In this document: one piece after another, positions 10,200 to 20,000 of the stretch
How positions within the stretch are numbered: the stretch's first letter is position 1
Layout: every line of letters starts with the position of its first letter
DNA from: Ancylonema sp.
Lineage: Eukaryota
Direction: 5' to 3'
NCBI GenBank assembly: GCA_050230475.1
Contig: JBFLGF010000090.1
Coordinates: 49,417-69,416 of the forward strand
Length of the DNA: 20,000 bases
Position numbers and translations under genes: made by a program
The notes under the pieces: model-generated
Told to the model about the DNA's origin: nothing
The model's input: the letters and a program-made list of their open reading frames with translations, nothing else
Database searches by the model: none

Positions 10200-11673
10200 T
10201 ATAGACTTTCCGTGTCTGTCAAGTAAGACTTGTGGAAGAGCCTTAGTGAACTATCGGCTGGTTGATTGGCCCCTGCCAGAGATACACATACTTCAGCCTG
10301 CCAGTTTTGTGACACTCTCTCACCACCCAGTGGTACACCACAACAACATTGAAATGCTTGGCCTTCTGGCGCTGGACTGGGTTCTAGATCATTGAGAGTG
10401 CGGCTGTTGAGTCACTGTAAACTGTAATTTAATTAGGGAGTTTGAGCTCATGCAGGAGCGACTTCAGGTAACAGTATTCCTTAGACACACTACAGGCAGC
10501 AATATATTCAGCCTCTGCTGTACTCTGTGCGCGACTGTAGACTCTGTGTTTCTGTGACTTCCAGCTCAATGCAGTTCCCCCAACAGTAGTGACCCACCCT
10601 GTGACCGACTTCCCACAGTCATACTGCAGCTATTCCAACTAGCATCACACCAACTAGCATCACAACCTCTTCCGCGCCTCACGTAGCATATTCCGTGATC
10701 CACTCTTCCTTTTAAATATCTAAACAGTTGGTGTAAGGCTTTGATGTGAGCAGTCCCAGGATTCCCCATGTGTTTTGCCAGTACCCCCAGTGCATGCGCA
10801 ATATCCGGTCTAGTGTTTTTCATTGCATAAATGAGTGACCCAATTTTTCCCCGGAATTCAGTTATCTGTACAGGTGTAGGGGGAGTTAGAGGTTCATCTT
10901 CTTGGTGAAATGTCAGTCCAGGTGGTAAGGGTAGTTTTGTAGGGTTACAGTTTGCCATGCCAAAACGTTCCAAAACCTGCTTTATGAACCCTCCCTGATG
11001 CAACGTGAGCACCCCTTGTTGTCTGTCCCTTTTCACTTCCACCCCCAGGATATGGGTTAGGGCCCCAAGATCCTTCATTTTGAATTTCCGAGATAGTTCC
11101 TGTTTGAATGCTTTAATGACCATGGTGTTAGGACCAACTATCACCTGATCATCTACGTGTATCCCCACTATGATCCGTGACTGTCCTGTGCCCCTGGTGT
11201 ATATGCATGTGTCCATAATGCACTGTTTGAACCCTATAGTGAGCATGAAGGTTGTGAACATCTCACCCCAGACCTTGCTACTCTGTTTCAGTCCGTACAG
11301 TGCCCCCCTCATTCTCAAAACTTTTCTCTCTGCCCCTCCCTCTATCTCCATAAATGGTGAAATTTTCATATATACTTCTTCGGCCAGTCTTCCATGCAAG
11401 AAAGCAGTCACCACGTCCATCTGTTCAATTTCCCAACCCTCTTGATTCGCAATAGATAGTAGAATGAGATATAGAGGTACTATCTACTACAGGTGCGAAT
11501 ATTTCATTATAATCAACTCCTTCTTGTTGTAGAAAACCCTGAGCGACCAGTCTGACTTTATATACTTTCAAGGGTTCCCGTGGGTGTGTATTTTGTTTTG
11601 AATACATATTTGCACCCCACAGCCCTTTTACGTGGTGGAAGTTCACACCCTCGAAAGTGTTGAATTCCCCCAA
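10200..11673 (-). pseudogene. Copia reverse transcriptase and RNase H
   Basis: RT: KVRLVAQGFLQQEGVDYNEIFAPV, MDVVTAFLHG, LYGLKQSS, HVDD, TRPDIA. RNase H: WCDASW, SWKSQK, STAEAEYIAA, YSDSTAAL, KAKHF. Frameshifts and stops present. Confidence 0.95.
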
Positions 11674-12374
11674 GCTTTTCAGCTCCTCCTGGATAGCAAC
11701 TAACCACTGATACTAGTGTGGCCTCGTCATGGCCAGGTCAGCGTCAAAGGGTCGGAGGAGTCAGCAGACATGGACACCATGCAGAATCCAGGGTCAGAGG
11801 GGCCGTTGAAGCCTGTGAAGAAGCATGTTGCTTCCCAATCGTCGTCCTGAATGGCTGCTTCCAGCGCCTGGTCATCGAACTCCTCTCCATCATATCAAAA
11901 GACATCCCCAAAGTGGGCAAAGTTTGCCCTCCTCCTTCCCATTACTCTCTCAGCTATGCTCCCAGCATTCACCCCTTGCCCCCCCTCTTCATCCCCTCCT
12001 TGAACTTCCTCCTCCTCGCCTGCCACACCTACGTTGTTGACCCAGATTGGCTGTCAGACAGGCTCAATCACAGCGATGGGGACCTCAGCAGCTGGTGGTG
12101 GCGGAAACTGTAATGCTGGGATCTGGGCTCTTGGGTTGTTGTGGGCGGCTGCTGCTGCTAGCATTGCTGCTGACTGCTGCTGGTACTGCTGCTGGCGTTG
12201 CTGCTCTCACTGCTGCTTGCCCTGTCACCCCTCCAGCCTTAGGCTCATCATCTGTGTCGGGGACCGGCTGGAGAAAGTGTTCATCTGCTTTGGCCTCGAC
12301 CTGGGGAGCTCTCCCCCCCATGAGTCTCGGGTACCCCGGTACTTCCTCAAAGACACGGACGTCTGTCCGCACCA

Positions 12375-13286
12375 TCACACCGGCTCTGAGCGGGTCGAAG
12401 ATGTTGTAACCAGCTTGATCTGCTGCCAGCCCAATGAAACCCCAAAAGCAGTCCTGGCAGCATACTTGTCCCCTTGTTTATTTTTATCATGCCCAACTTT
12501 CAAATACTGCACTAGGCAGCCAAATGTGTGACTTCTGTTCAGTTTGATTTGGCGTCCCGTCCACTTTTCAATAGGTATCCCCCTTGTCAATGAACTAGTG
12601 GGGTAGCTGTTCCTTAGCCAATTTGCATGCATTAGTGCCACATCCCAGTATGATTTAGGCAGTTTAGACCACATCAGCAAACATCTCATCTTCTCCATCA
12701 GTGTTCGGTTCAGCCTTTCACACATACCGTTCTGCTGAGGACTATAGGGGGCAGTCAGTTCATGTTTGATGCCTTTATCCTCACAATAGCCTTTCCACTC
12801 CTTGCTGGTATATTTCCCTCCTCCATCTGTCCTGATCGACTTTAAACGGCAGTCCTGACTCAACCTCTAGTTTCTGTCAGTGATGCGCGTTTGACTGAGA
12901 GCATCGCTCTTGTGCTTGAGAATAGATACTGTTGACAGTCTAGAATTGACCTCTATCCCTGTCTGAGCATAATCAAACCCTCCGTGCATTGATCTGACAC
13001 ACACCAAAAGGATCAGATCTAGATGCAACCTCCCCATTTTTGGCATAGTGGTCACATCATCGCTAGCCATAGCATGCCCCCTCTGTCCCATTTTCCCCAT
13101 ACAGCAGATCACACAATCCTTGACCACAGTCAACTCTTCCTGACTCAGTCTCGGTATGTCCCCACGTCTGGCCATGTTTGACATGGCTGGTATACCAGGG
13201 TGACCCAGCTTGCCATGCGAGAGCACTATGGACAGATTTGCTTGCAGACCAGATGAACCAGGCATGATGATAGATGCATGCAGCAA
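12375..13286 (-). pseudogene. Copia integrase
   Basis: HGKLGH...CVIC zinc finger; LHLDL, IRTDGGGKY, PQQNGMCERLNRTL; FGCLV. Confidence 0.93.
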
Positions 13287-13339
13287 TGACAGACCATTCC
13301 TCTGCCTGCTGACATCAGCCCATTTCTGTCCATTTTTAG

Positions 13340-14782
13340 TCAGTGGACGTGCAGAGCAGTGAGAGGGACGACGAAGAAGGAGTCGTCGTTCTTCACTCGA
13401 ACGTGCACGAAGCCTGTCCCCTTGACCTTGTGGGGCGTGCCATCAGCCGTGTGGATGAATGAATGGTGCATCAAGACGTTGGTGTCGTACTCGACGAAGT
13501 GGTCTTTGTTTGTGAAGACGTGATCGGTCGAGCCTGAATCAAGCCACAGATGCGAGCAATCAGTTCCAACTGCCATAGCAATTCGTGCATCAAATGAGAA
13601 TGCTGCATAAGCCAGGGATTCGGATGCATCAAAAGGTGTGTCTGAACGTGCAGCAAGTCGAGCCTCAGCTTGGTCACGAAGATTAGAATCAGGTGCAGCC
13701 AATGCCAGGTCAGATCTACGCTTCATGCATTCTACCAATGTGTGTCCAAGCTTATCACAGTATCTGCATTTTGGTTTCGGACTGCCACTTCCCTGGCCAG
13801 CCGATCTTCCCCCTCCCCCTTGCCGTTGGTGTCCACACTGCGACAGCTTGTGGCCGATCTGGTTGCAGCCATGGCACCTCATTTGCGGACGTGTAGGGCA
13901 GTCCGATTTTAAGGTGGCCATACTGGTTGCAGCCGTAGCACTGAAGTTCTCGTCAGGTCGCGACTTCCGGGACCGCCACTCCCACCTGGTCGACACTTGG
14001 GCCAGCTCCGGAGCTGCCCAAGTAACCCCCTTTTCCCACGAAATTGGCCTGCTGCCCTCCCGGCAACGCCCCTCTCCTCTTCCGGTCGTTGCAGACCTCC
14101 CGTCGATCGCCAGCTGACAAAGTGCTGACGGCAACGGCCTGCGGGATCGTGAAGAGTGTTGGCGCACAAACTGCCCAAGACATCACACTCTCCCGCGCGC
14201 TGTAGCGAGTGTTGAGGGAATTTCAGAAAGTTGATCGTCTGCTTCGCAAGCTTGACTGGCTCTCCCAGATGCCCTAGACGATAGTGCAGCTCCTGAAGCC
14301 GCTTAACGTAGTCGCTCAGGTCCTCCGCCTCTCCCATGATAATCGCCGTGAGCTCAGCCTCAGCGTTGGCGATCTCAATGGCTCCCTGAATGTCGTAGAA
14401 GGCTTTCAGGGCGTCCCACATATCCGCTGCAGTCTCGCAATTTCGTACGTGCGTTAGCTCCCCCGTCTGGAGGTGTTTGACGATGTACGCCATTGCAGCG
14501 ATATTCTTCTTCGACCAGACCTCTCGAAGGAGAGTCTGTCGACCGATGAGCTGGGTGCGTGCCGTGACCGTTCGAGCGACGTCCGCAGCATCCAGTGCAT
14601 CGAGCTCGTCCTGCGTGAGTAGTGGAGACACGACAGGCCGCTTGCCTCGGGGATTTGCTCCAATCCATGACAATGTCATGCAACTCCTTGTCAGCCAGAC
14701 CGAACTTAATTTTAAAAGCCCAGCCCTTGTAGTCTGCTCCTGTGAAGACCGGAATGTATGACTTTTCCGTCATGTTAGGCAA
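13340..14782 (-). pseudogene. Copia gag (two CCHC knuckles) and protease
   Basis: IPVFTGADYKGWAFKI N-terminus; CETAADMWDALKAFY; CHGCNQIGHKLSQC; CRYCDKLGHTLVEC; WLDSGSTDH. Frameshifted across three ORFs. Confidence 0.92.
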
Positions 14783-14982
14783 CAGCTAGATTCTTTTGAT
14801 GATCGGCTCTCAGCTGCTTTCTTGAGCGTGTTTCGTGCAGCGCAGCTCACACCTCAGTCACTGGCAGCGCAATTCGAAGGATTACGTGCAGTACTTAATA
14901 ATCCCAACCTCAGAGTCTCTTTGCAGCGAATCGCGTGGAATGCCTGTAGGTTATTGACACAGCGTCTTTACCTAGACCGCCT

Positions 14983-14996
14983 GTGGGCCCATAACC
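14983..14996 (-). promoter_or_regulatory. Copia primer-binding site complementary to the anticodon half of tRNA-iMet
   Basis: GGTTATGGGCCCAC abuts the 5' LTR. This is the half-tRNA priming type of Drosophila copia, Ty5 and Volvox Osser. Confidence 0.9.
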
Positions 14997-15469
14997 TTCT
15001 AGCGATGTTACGTGATAGGTGTGCAAGATCGTGTGAATCTTTCCGTACAAGGAACTTCGTCTCTCAAAGATGATCATTGACAAGTATTGTGTTGGAAGGA
15101 AGGTTGGAAGAATTATTATTGAATGGTCGGCATCGTGTAGGTATACCACAATGCCTCGTCCAAAACAAGAATCTACAAAGCGTGCCGACGGTCGTATCTA
15201 CGGACCGTCGGCCTATCAAAACACAAAAACAGTCAGATCCTAACAACGGCACATGCCGGACAGTCTGACAAGACATAACGTCTAGACTCGGAACCATCTA
15301 GACCGCACGTGCTACAAACGGCACAATCGCAACGTCATATTCGGGTGCCCGGACATAAGTCCGGCCCCTCAATCCTCCTAGGAATCCTACCACCGGTTAC
15401 ACGGACAACAACACTAACTAGTCTGGACTAGCACACTAGCAAACATGGCTATCCGATATAATTCCTACA
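14997..15469 (-). repeat. Copia 5' LTR (473 bp)
   Basis: Direct repeat of 9387-9833 with scattered substitutions, a short duplication near 15100 and a divergent block at ~15374-15415. Confidence 0.95.
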
Positions 15470-15473
15470 CTTG

Positions 15474-15579
15474 CCCTGGAATCAGATATATTGCTCGATG
15501 ATTCACTACCACCACCGCCTCCTCCACTATCCACTCTCCGCACCAAACGTCTGTTCTCGTCGCGGGACGAGGCAGACAT
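15474..15579 (-). pseudogene. N-terminus of the Gypsy gag, separated from the rest by the Copia insertion
   Basis: ATG at 15579 gives MSASSRDENRRLVRRVDSGGGGGGSESSSNISDSR, which joins in frame across the TSD to AGSVDSQGSANSEG at 9386. Confidence 0.8.
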
Positions 15580-15688
15580 GGACTGCGTGACTCAGAATGA
15601 AACTAAAACTACCACCTTGGGTCGTTCAATTTTAACTACGCGCTGAAAATTTGACTCAAAATTTGGTTTTGATTTTTTTTCTAGCGTA

Positions 15689-15702
15689 GCATTACGCCAG
15701 AG
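15689..15702 (-). promoter_or_regulatory. Candidate Gypsy primer-binding site, self-priming type
   Basis: CTCTGGCGTAATGC follows ...AGAGTCA, the putative LTR end. 15689-15703 is the exact reverse complement of 15894-15908. Confidence 0.55.
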
Positions 15703-16696
15703 TGACTCTACTGGGCAAGATATCAAGCTCTGTCTTTAGACGCGTCGAACGCACTATCGTACGCAGAAAATGATCACCGATACGATATATGGCATTCGCA
15801 CAACGATATCAGCCTTTAACATCGCCATAGCCAAAGCTCAACGCAATCACAATACGACACGTCAACGCTCTTGCCAAAGCTTAGGTGGTATGTACTCTGG
15901 CGTAATGCAGCCAGAGTGCTCCAGCATCAGAATACATAGTCCGAAAGTCCAACAAGGCACTTCCGACTCACTTGTACTATCCGTACGCTAGAATGTAATC
16001 TACATCGTACGCATGCGTCCGATCGAACACATTCAGTCCAAGCATATTCCATCCTTAGCCGTAATCGAATACGATAACAATCGGCCAATCACATTCCTGC
16101 CAGCATGTCACTACATGGCCCCTCAACCCGGGAGTCGGGCACGTTTCGCTTGGACGTCTGTGGCCGTTGTGACGGTTGTGGCTTTTTGACGGCCGCTATG
16201 TCGAACACAAATAATACGGGCGCGGAAGTAAGTCCTGACTTCCATACTTCCGCCATACTTCGGCCGTACTTCCGTCTCCCCGCTACAGCAATCGAATATT
16301 GATCGCTCTATCGAACAGTTAATATTCCGACGGGCCCCTGCGGGCTCCCGCACGCTGCCGCTATATCGCGAGCAAATAAATAACCCAGCCCCCAGCCGCC
16401 TACCGCCCTACTGCAGACCGCATGCAGACCGCATGCTAGCGGCGTCAACCGTACCCGGGTCAATACCCGGCCGGGACTGTACGGCAGACACAGGCCGCAC
16501 GTGCGACTGGAATAAGTATGACACATAGCCAATTGCATGAATGCTTTCTAGTTTCTCCGCTGACATGTTTCTGAGCGAATGAAACTCCTCGGAGTGCACG
16601 TGCAAGTTAGGTTCAATAGTGGAAGTACGACCTCTTAAACGTGTATCCCATACGTCTAGGTCCGCATTCTGGTATGCGATTTCGTCGACCTAGTCA
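15703..16696 (-). repeat. Candidate Gypsy 5' LTR; partner LTR not in the window
   Basis: CpG-rich non-coding block upstream of gag, with TGACT...AGTCA termini possible at 16696/15703. An alternative outer end is at 16755. Confidence 0.4.
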
Positions 16697-16855
16697 CTGA
16701 AGTGTGACGTTTGTCAACAATGTGGGGAGATGAAAACCGCTTGGTATGAAAGTCATATGTGCTCAAGAGCATGCATGCACGCAATCAGGAACCGGTAAGA
16801 GATATCCAACTAATCCAACTTGGGAAGTTGGAAACAATAACAGCAAAAAGTGTAA

Positions 16856-16877
16856 TTTTTTTTTTTTTTTTTTTTTG
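16856..16877. repeat. Poly(T) tract, about 22 nt
   Basis: Read directly. Confidence 0.9.
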
Positions 16878-17850
16878 AAGTATTAAATATTAAAAATCCC
16901 AGCCACGTCCAGAATTAAAAGTTATGCCCGGTAAAAGTAACAACCTAAGTGCCGAGGCCTGTCTTGGTCCCAAGAACGCAGTCTATAATCAGCCGATGCC
17001 GATATCGGGTAACTATGAATACACATCATTCTTAAATGTTGGGACTTTTAAGGATATGGTGTAGTGTCGCCAAATACGTCAACGGGGTGAAGGTACGTAC
17101 CGTACTGGCCATACATAATGACCCGGGTTGTCAAAAACGAATTCATTTTAGCTAATGAACTACCATACTACCCACCCGCGCACCCAGTATAACATTTACC
17201 AAACTTCTGAATAATGTGTATTATCTGACAACCCACATTATGGAATGACAAATATTTGAGGGTCAATTATGTATACGGAATATGATTGATTTGGAATACT
17301 GTTTTACCCAAAGTCAATTCAGCAAACATGCTCTACTTCACAACTGGATATCCATCCTTTACAAAAACATTTTTTTCGAGGTAGGTACGCTAGAAAACGG
17401 TTCACATACCGGTTCACCTATCACTTCACTTCTCGGTTCACATATCATTCTGGCATGAGCCTGATTCCACAGATTGACATGTTCCAATCATTCCAAAACC
17501 CAAGTGCTTATCGATGCATTCAAGCTTCTGAGGGCAACACAAATCTCTCACACCATTCAATGGCAATGCCGGCATTCCGTAAAAGGCATCCTGAATAAGT
17601 GGTTCAACCTCATGTATCCATCGCTTACAGATGCAGATCTTGATCTTGACCCCTTCACCGAGCTTTGCAATCAATCACACAATTTTTCTGACTCCTCTCA
17701 GGGCTCGTTACCAGACTACGGCCGCTAATGGATTCTGGCACATATGTTGCAACCGACGGACGATATGAACATATAAGTTGAAGCAACAGGCATGATGGAA
17801 GCAGTACCCCCTGGCCTACTTCCCTGTGAATCTCGTCCGCGTCCCTCTCT

Positions 17851-18042
17851 CTAATAATCCTCCACCAATGTCAGCAGCCCCTTCACCTCCGCCTTGAGTT
17901 CCTCGTACTTCTGTTGAATCGGCGAAAGGCGCGTGTTGGTTTCGCTGGCCGGGAGTTTCTTTTCGTAGCACTCCACCATCACCTGGTGCTTCTGAAGAAT
18001 GGCGCCCACCTTATCCTTCTCCTTTGCCACCAGAGCTTGCAC
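17851..18042 (-). CDS. RPN1: Ribophorin I (OST subunit 1), terminal exon
   Basis: CAG acceptor; VQALVAKEKDK...LLTLVEDY*; resembles the plant RPN1 cytosolic tail. Confidence 0.88.
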   Translation of the reverse strand: MQALVAKEKDKVGAILQKHQVMVECYEKKLPASETNTRLSPIQQKYEELKAEVKGLLTLVEDY

Positions 18043-18156
18043 CTGGGAAAAACAACGGCAAAAGAAAGATGTTTTGTGTCCGACCGTCCGACTCCCTCCT
18101 TCCCTCCGTCGGTACCCCCTTTACCAACAAACCTGTGGACATCAGACGATCCTCAC

Positions 18157-18381
18157 CTTGGGAAGCATGGGAGGAGGGTTGGGGGCCGATTCTAGAGTTG
18201 CCAGAAGGGCCTTCATGTCGTTCCCAGACTCTCTCAGGGCCTCCTCTGCACTTCTGCGCGCGGATTTGGCAGCCTCAATGTCCCCCGTCCGGCTCAGTGC
18301 GACCGTGGCCCCGTCCAGCTTGTCTGCGATGGAGGAACGGATGGCCACAAACTTCTGGAGTCTCTGAGTGGCGTCCACGGC
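18157..18381 (-). CDS. RPN1: Ribophorin I exon
   Basis: AG/GT bounded, 75 codons; ALSRTGDIEAAKSARRS resembles the plant LSRTGD motif. Confidence 0.9.
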
Positions 18382-18726
18382 CTGGAAAAGAAATGCGGAC
18401 AGAGGAGTGGGATTCAGTCGGGCGGACAAACGCAACAGAATGACGGGATGAGTAACGACAAAGCATGGCATGAGGGTGAAGTAATGTATCAAACGAGAGA
18501 AGGAGATGGACATGAGCATCACGAGTGCACACTCAATGTTGAGCCCGACCTCTGTTGGGCTCAACATTGAGCCTGCCTCGACACCCTGCAGACTGCTTTG
18601 AGGTTGTTGCTGGGAGGGGCAGGATAGTAGTTGGAAATCTGTGTGTGTACCGTCTGAAACCGTTTCTGGTTGACCTACGATTGCCTTCCACCTCGTAAAA
18701 ATAGGAAGTAGCGTCGGAAGGGAGAA

Positions 18727-18773
18727 CACAAAACAAAAAAAAAAAAAAAAAACAAAAAAAAAAAAACAAAAAA
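18727..18773. repeat. Intronic A-rich low-complexity tract
   Basis: Poly(A) interrupted by single C residues. Confidence 0.85.
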
Positions 18774-18798
18774 GGGCAGATCACGACGAGATAGGCAC

Positions 18799-19050
18799 CT
18801 GCTCGTTCTGCATCTTTGTGTGATACGTTGCCGTGTTCTTGGAGATGGTCAAGTCCGTCCTCGAGTAGGCGATGAGCGCGAGGAAGAAGAGCAGGAAGGC
18901 GCCCACCAGAAGAAACGGCTCCACCAGTAGGGCCGCGGAGGTGAAGGAGTAGGAGACCTGGAAGAACTGGGTGGAGTGCTCGGGGATGACGTTGCGCTTC
19001 TTCAGGACCACCACTGGCCGTCCCACCGTGTCAAGGTTGGTGTATTTCAC
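18799..19050 (-). CDS. RPN1: Ribophorin I exon including the transmembrane helix
   Basis: AG/GT bounded, 84 codons; VKYTNLDTVGRPVVVLKKRNV...EPFLLVGAFLLFFLALIAYSRTDLTISK. Confidence 0.95.
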
Positions 19051-19357
19051 CTGAAAAAACGGAAGAGGGCAAGGGGATGGGGGCAGGGAGGGAGCGTATG
19101 GACTTATGCAGTAGGGGCACAGGGTATATGAGGTGAGGAAATTGAAGTTTATGCATGGGTGGAACATTGGATGGCCAGAAGATGGACCAATCGCGGACAG
19201 ACTTTGACATCACTTCATCCTCTGGAGGGGGCGACGGCAGAGTCAATGAGACTTGAGAGTTGTGCGATCTGGAACGAGATTTGCAGAGAATGGACATTGG
19301 TGGTAAACATTACGATGAGTTCTTGCCAGTCGAGCGGCGTTGAGGTGTCAGTCTTAC

Positions 19358-19426
19358 GTCTTGATACTGCTCTGTGTCAAAGGGGACGATGGCCTGCAAG
19401 TCCCTGGACCCCTCTGGCAACACCAC
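19358..19426 (-). CDS. RPN1: Ribophorin I exon
   Basis: CAG/GTAAG bounded, 23 codons; VVLPEGSRDLQAIVPFDTEQYQD, containing the conserved LPEG. Confidence 0.92.
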
Positions 19427-19745
19427 CTGCACAAAAACTTGAGAGGAGTCTTTAATGATCCGACCCATCTGCCCTCACCTTACACTCTTTACCACAAACT
19501 GCGCCACACTGCTTTTCTCAGATTCTTTCTTTGAACTACTCCAGTGCTATGTCTCATGAATGCTCCGCAGGATCTGTAAGCGACGCAGCCAGTCGACCTC
19601 CAATCTCTCCCGTGAAAGACTTGAAGTTGTCCAAGCATCCCATGACTGGCTGTGATGAAGACAACAGAGCAGTGCGATGTCTTTCAACCTAGATTGACCT
19701 CCGCCTACTAGCTTTCATCAGGTGCCAGGTGTCAGCGCAACGGAC

Positions 19746-19925
19746 CTTCACCACCAGCTCCTCGATGACGACATCCAGAATGGGTGTGCCATACGTGGCA
19801 TTCACCACCCTTCTTCCGTCCAGGCCGCGGAATACCAAGTCCTCGAGGGGGACGCTGTATCCGAGGGTGAATGTGATGGACCACCCCCCGAGCAGAGGGT
19901 AGCGGGGCTCAAACTCCAGGTCCGT
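19746..19925 (-). CDS. RPN1: Ribophorin I exon; upstream exons lie beyond the window
   Basis: AG/GT bounded, 60 codons; LEFEPRYPLLGGWSITFTLGYSVPLED is the ribophorin I signature. Confidence 0.95.
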
Positions 19926-19934
19926 CTGGACACA

Positions 19935-20000
19935 GAGAAAAAAAGAAAGAAGAAGGAGAAGGAGAAGGAGAAGGAGGAGGAGGAGGAGGAGGAGGAGGAG
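19935..20000. repeat. Intronic (GAAGGA)n/(GGA)n microsatellite, forming the polypyrimidine tract on the minus strand
   Basis: Read directly, next to the acceptor at 19926-19928. Confidence 0.9.

Larger units (their letters stand above)
9387..15469 (-). mobile_element. Full-length but degenerate Ty1/Copia LTR retrotransposon nested in the Gypsy gag
   Basis: Two LTRs, PBS, PPT, order gag-PR-INT-RT-RH, and a 5-bp TSD cctgc (9382-9386) / cttgc (15470-15474). Confidence 0.95.
1..16696 (-). mobile_element. Degenerate Ty3/Gypsy LTR retrotransposon carrying a cytosine methyltransferase and a PHD finger; interrupted by a nested Copia. 3' end probably lies left of the window and the 5' boundary is tentative.
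   Basis: Minus-strand order gag(CCHC x2)-PR(LDSGA)-DNMT-RT(YIDD)-RNaseH-INT(HHCC, DDE)-PHD. RT before INT is the Gypsy order. Many frameshifts and in-frame stops. Confidence 0.9.

Noticed and set aside
11145..11160. HVDD instead of YVDD in the Copia RT
   Set aside because: A single substitution in a decayed copy, and a variant seen in other Copia elements.
275..14782. Programmed ribosomal frameshifts
   Set aside because: Frameshifts are numerous and scattered in both TEs, which fits decay or assembly indels; none can be singled out from one copy.
15701..15716. gtgactctactggg resembling a plus-strand tRNA-Arg (Ogre/Tat) PBS
   Set aside because: Wrong orientation for this element and lacks the leading TGG.
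16856..17750. Poly(A)-tailed SINE/LINE or small genes (ORFs 17438..17674, 17474..17728)
   Set aside because: No TSD, Pol III boxes or recognisable protein motif; A/T runs are common throughout this window.
18382..18729. N-terminal extensions of ORFs 18142..18729 and 18781..19167
   Set aside because: Intronic read-through. The AG/GT-bounded phase-0 exons already give a continuous RPN1 protein.

Overview
Eukaryotic window with plant-like features; a streptophyte alga or early land plant is inferred. Every recognisable gene is on the minus strand. About 16.7 kb is one degenerate Ty3/Gypsy LTR retrotransposon with an unusual domain order: gag (2 CCHC knuckles), aspartic protease, a DNMT3-like C5 cytosine methyltransferase, RT, RNase H, integrase and a C-terminal PHD finger that the ORF track misses. 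Its leader has a 15-bp inverted repeat that fits Tf1-like self-priming. A complete Ty1/Copia element (9387-15469) with two LTRs, a half-tRNA-iMet PBS, a PPT and a 5-bp TSD is nested in codon 36 of the Gypsy gag; removing it restores the gag frame. The right end holds the last five exons of an intact ribophorin I (RPN1/OST1) gene. All domain calls were made by eye from motifs; no database searches were run.
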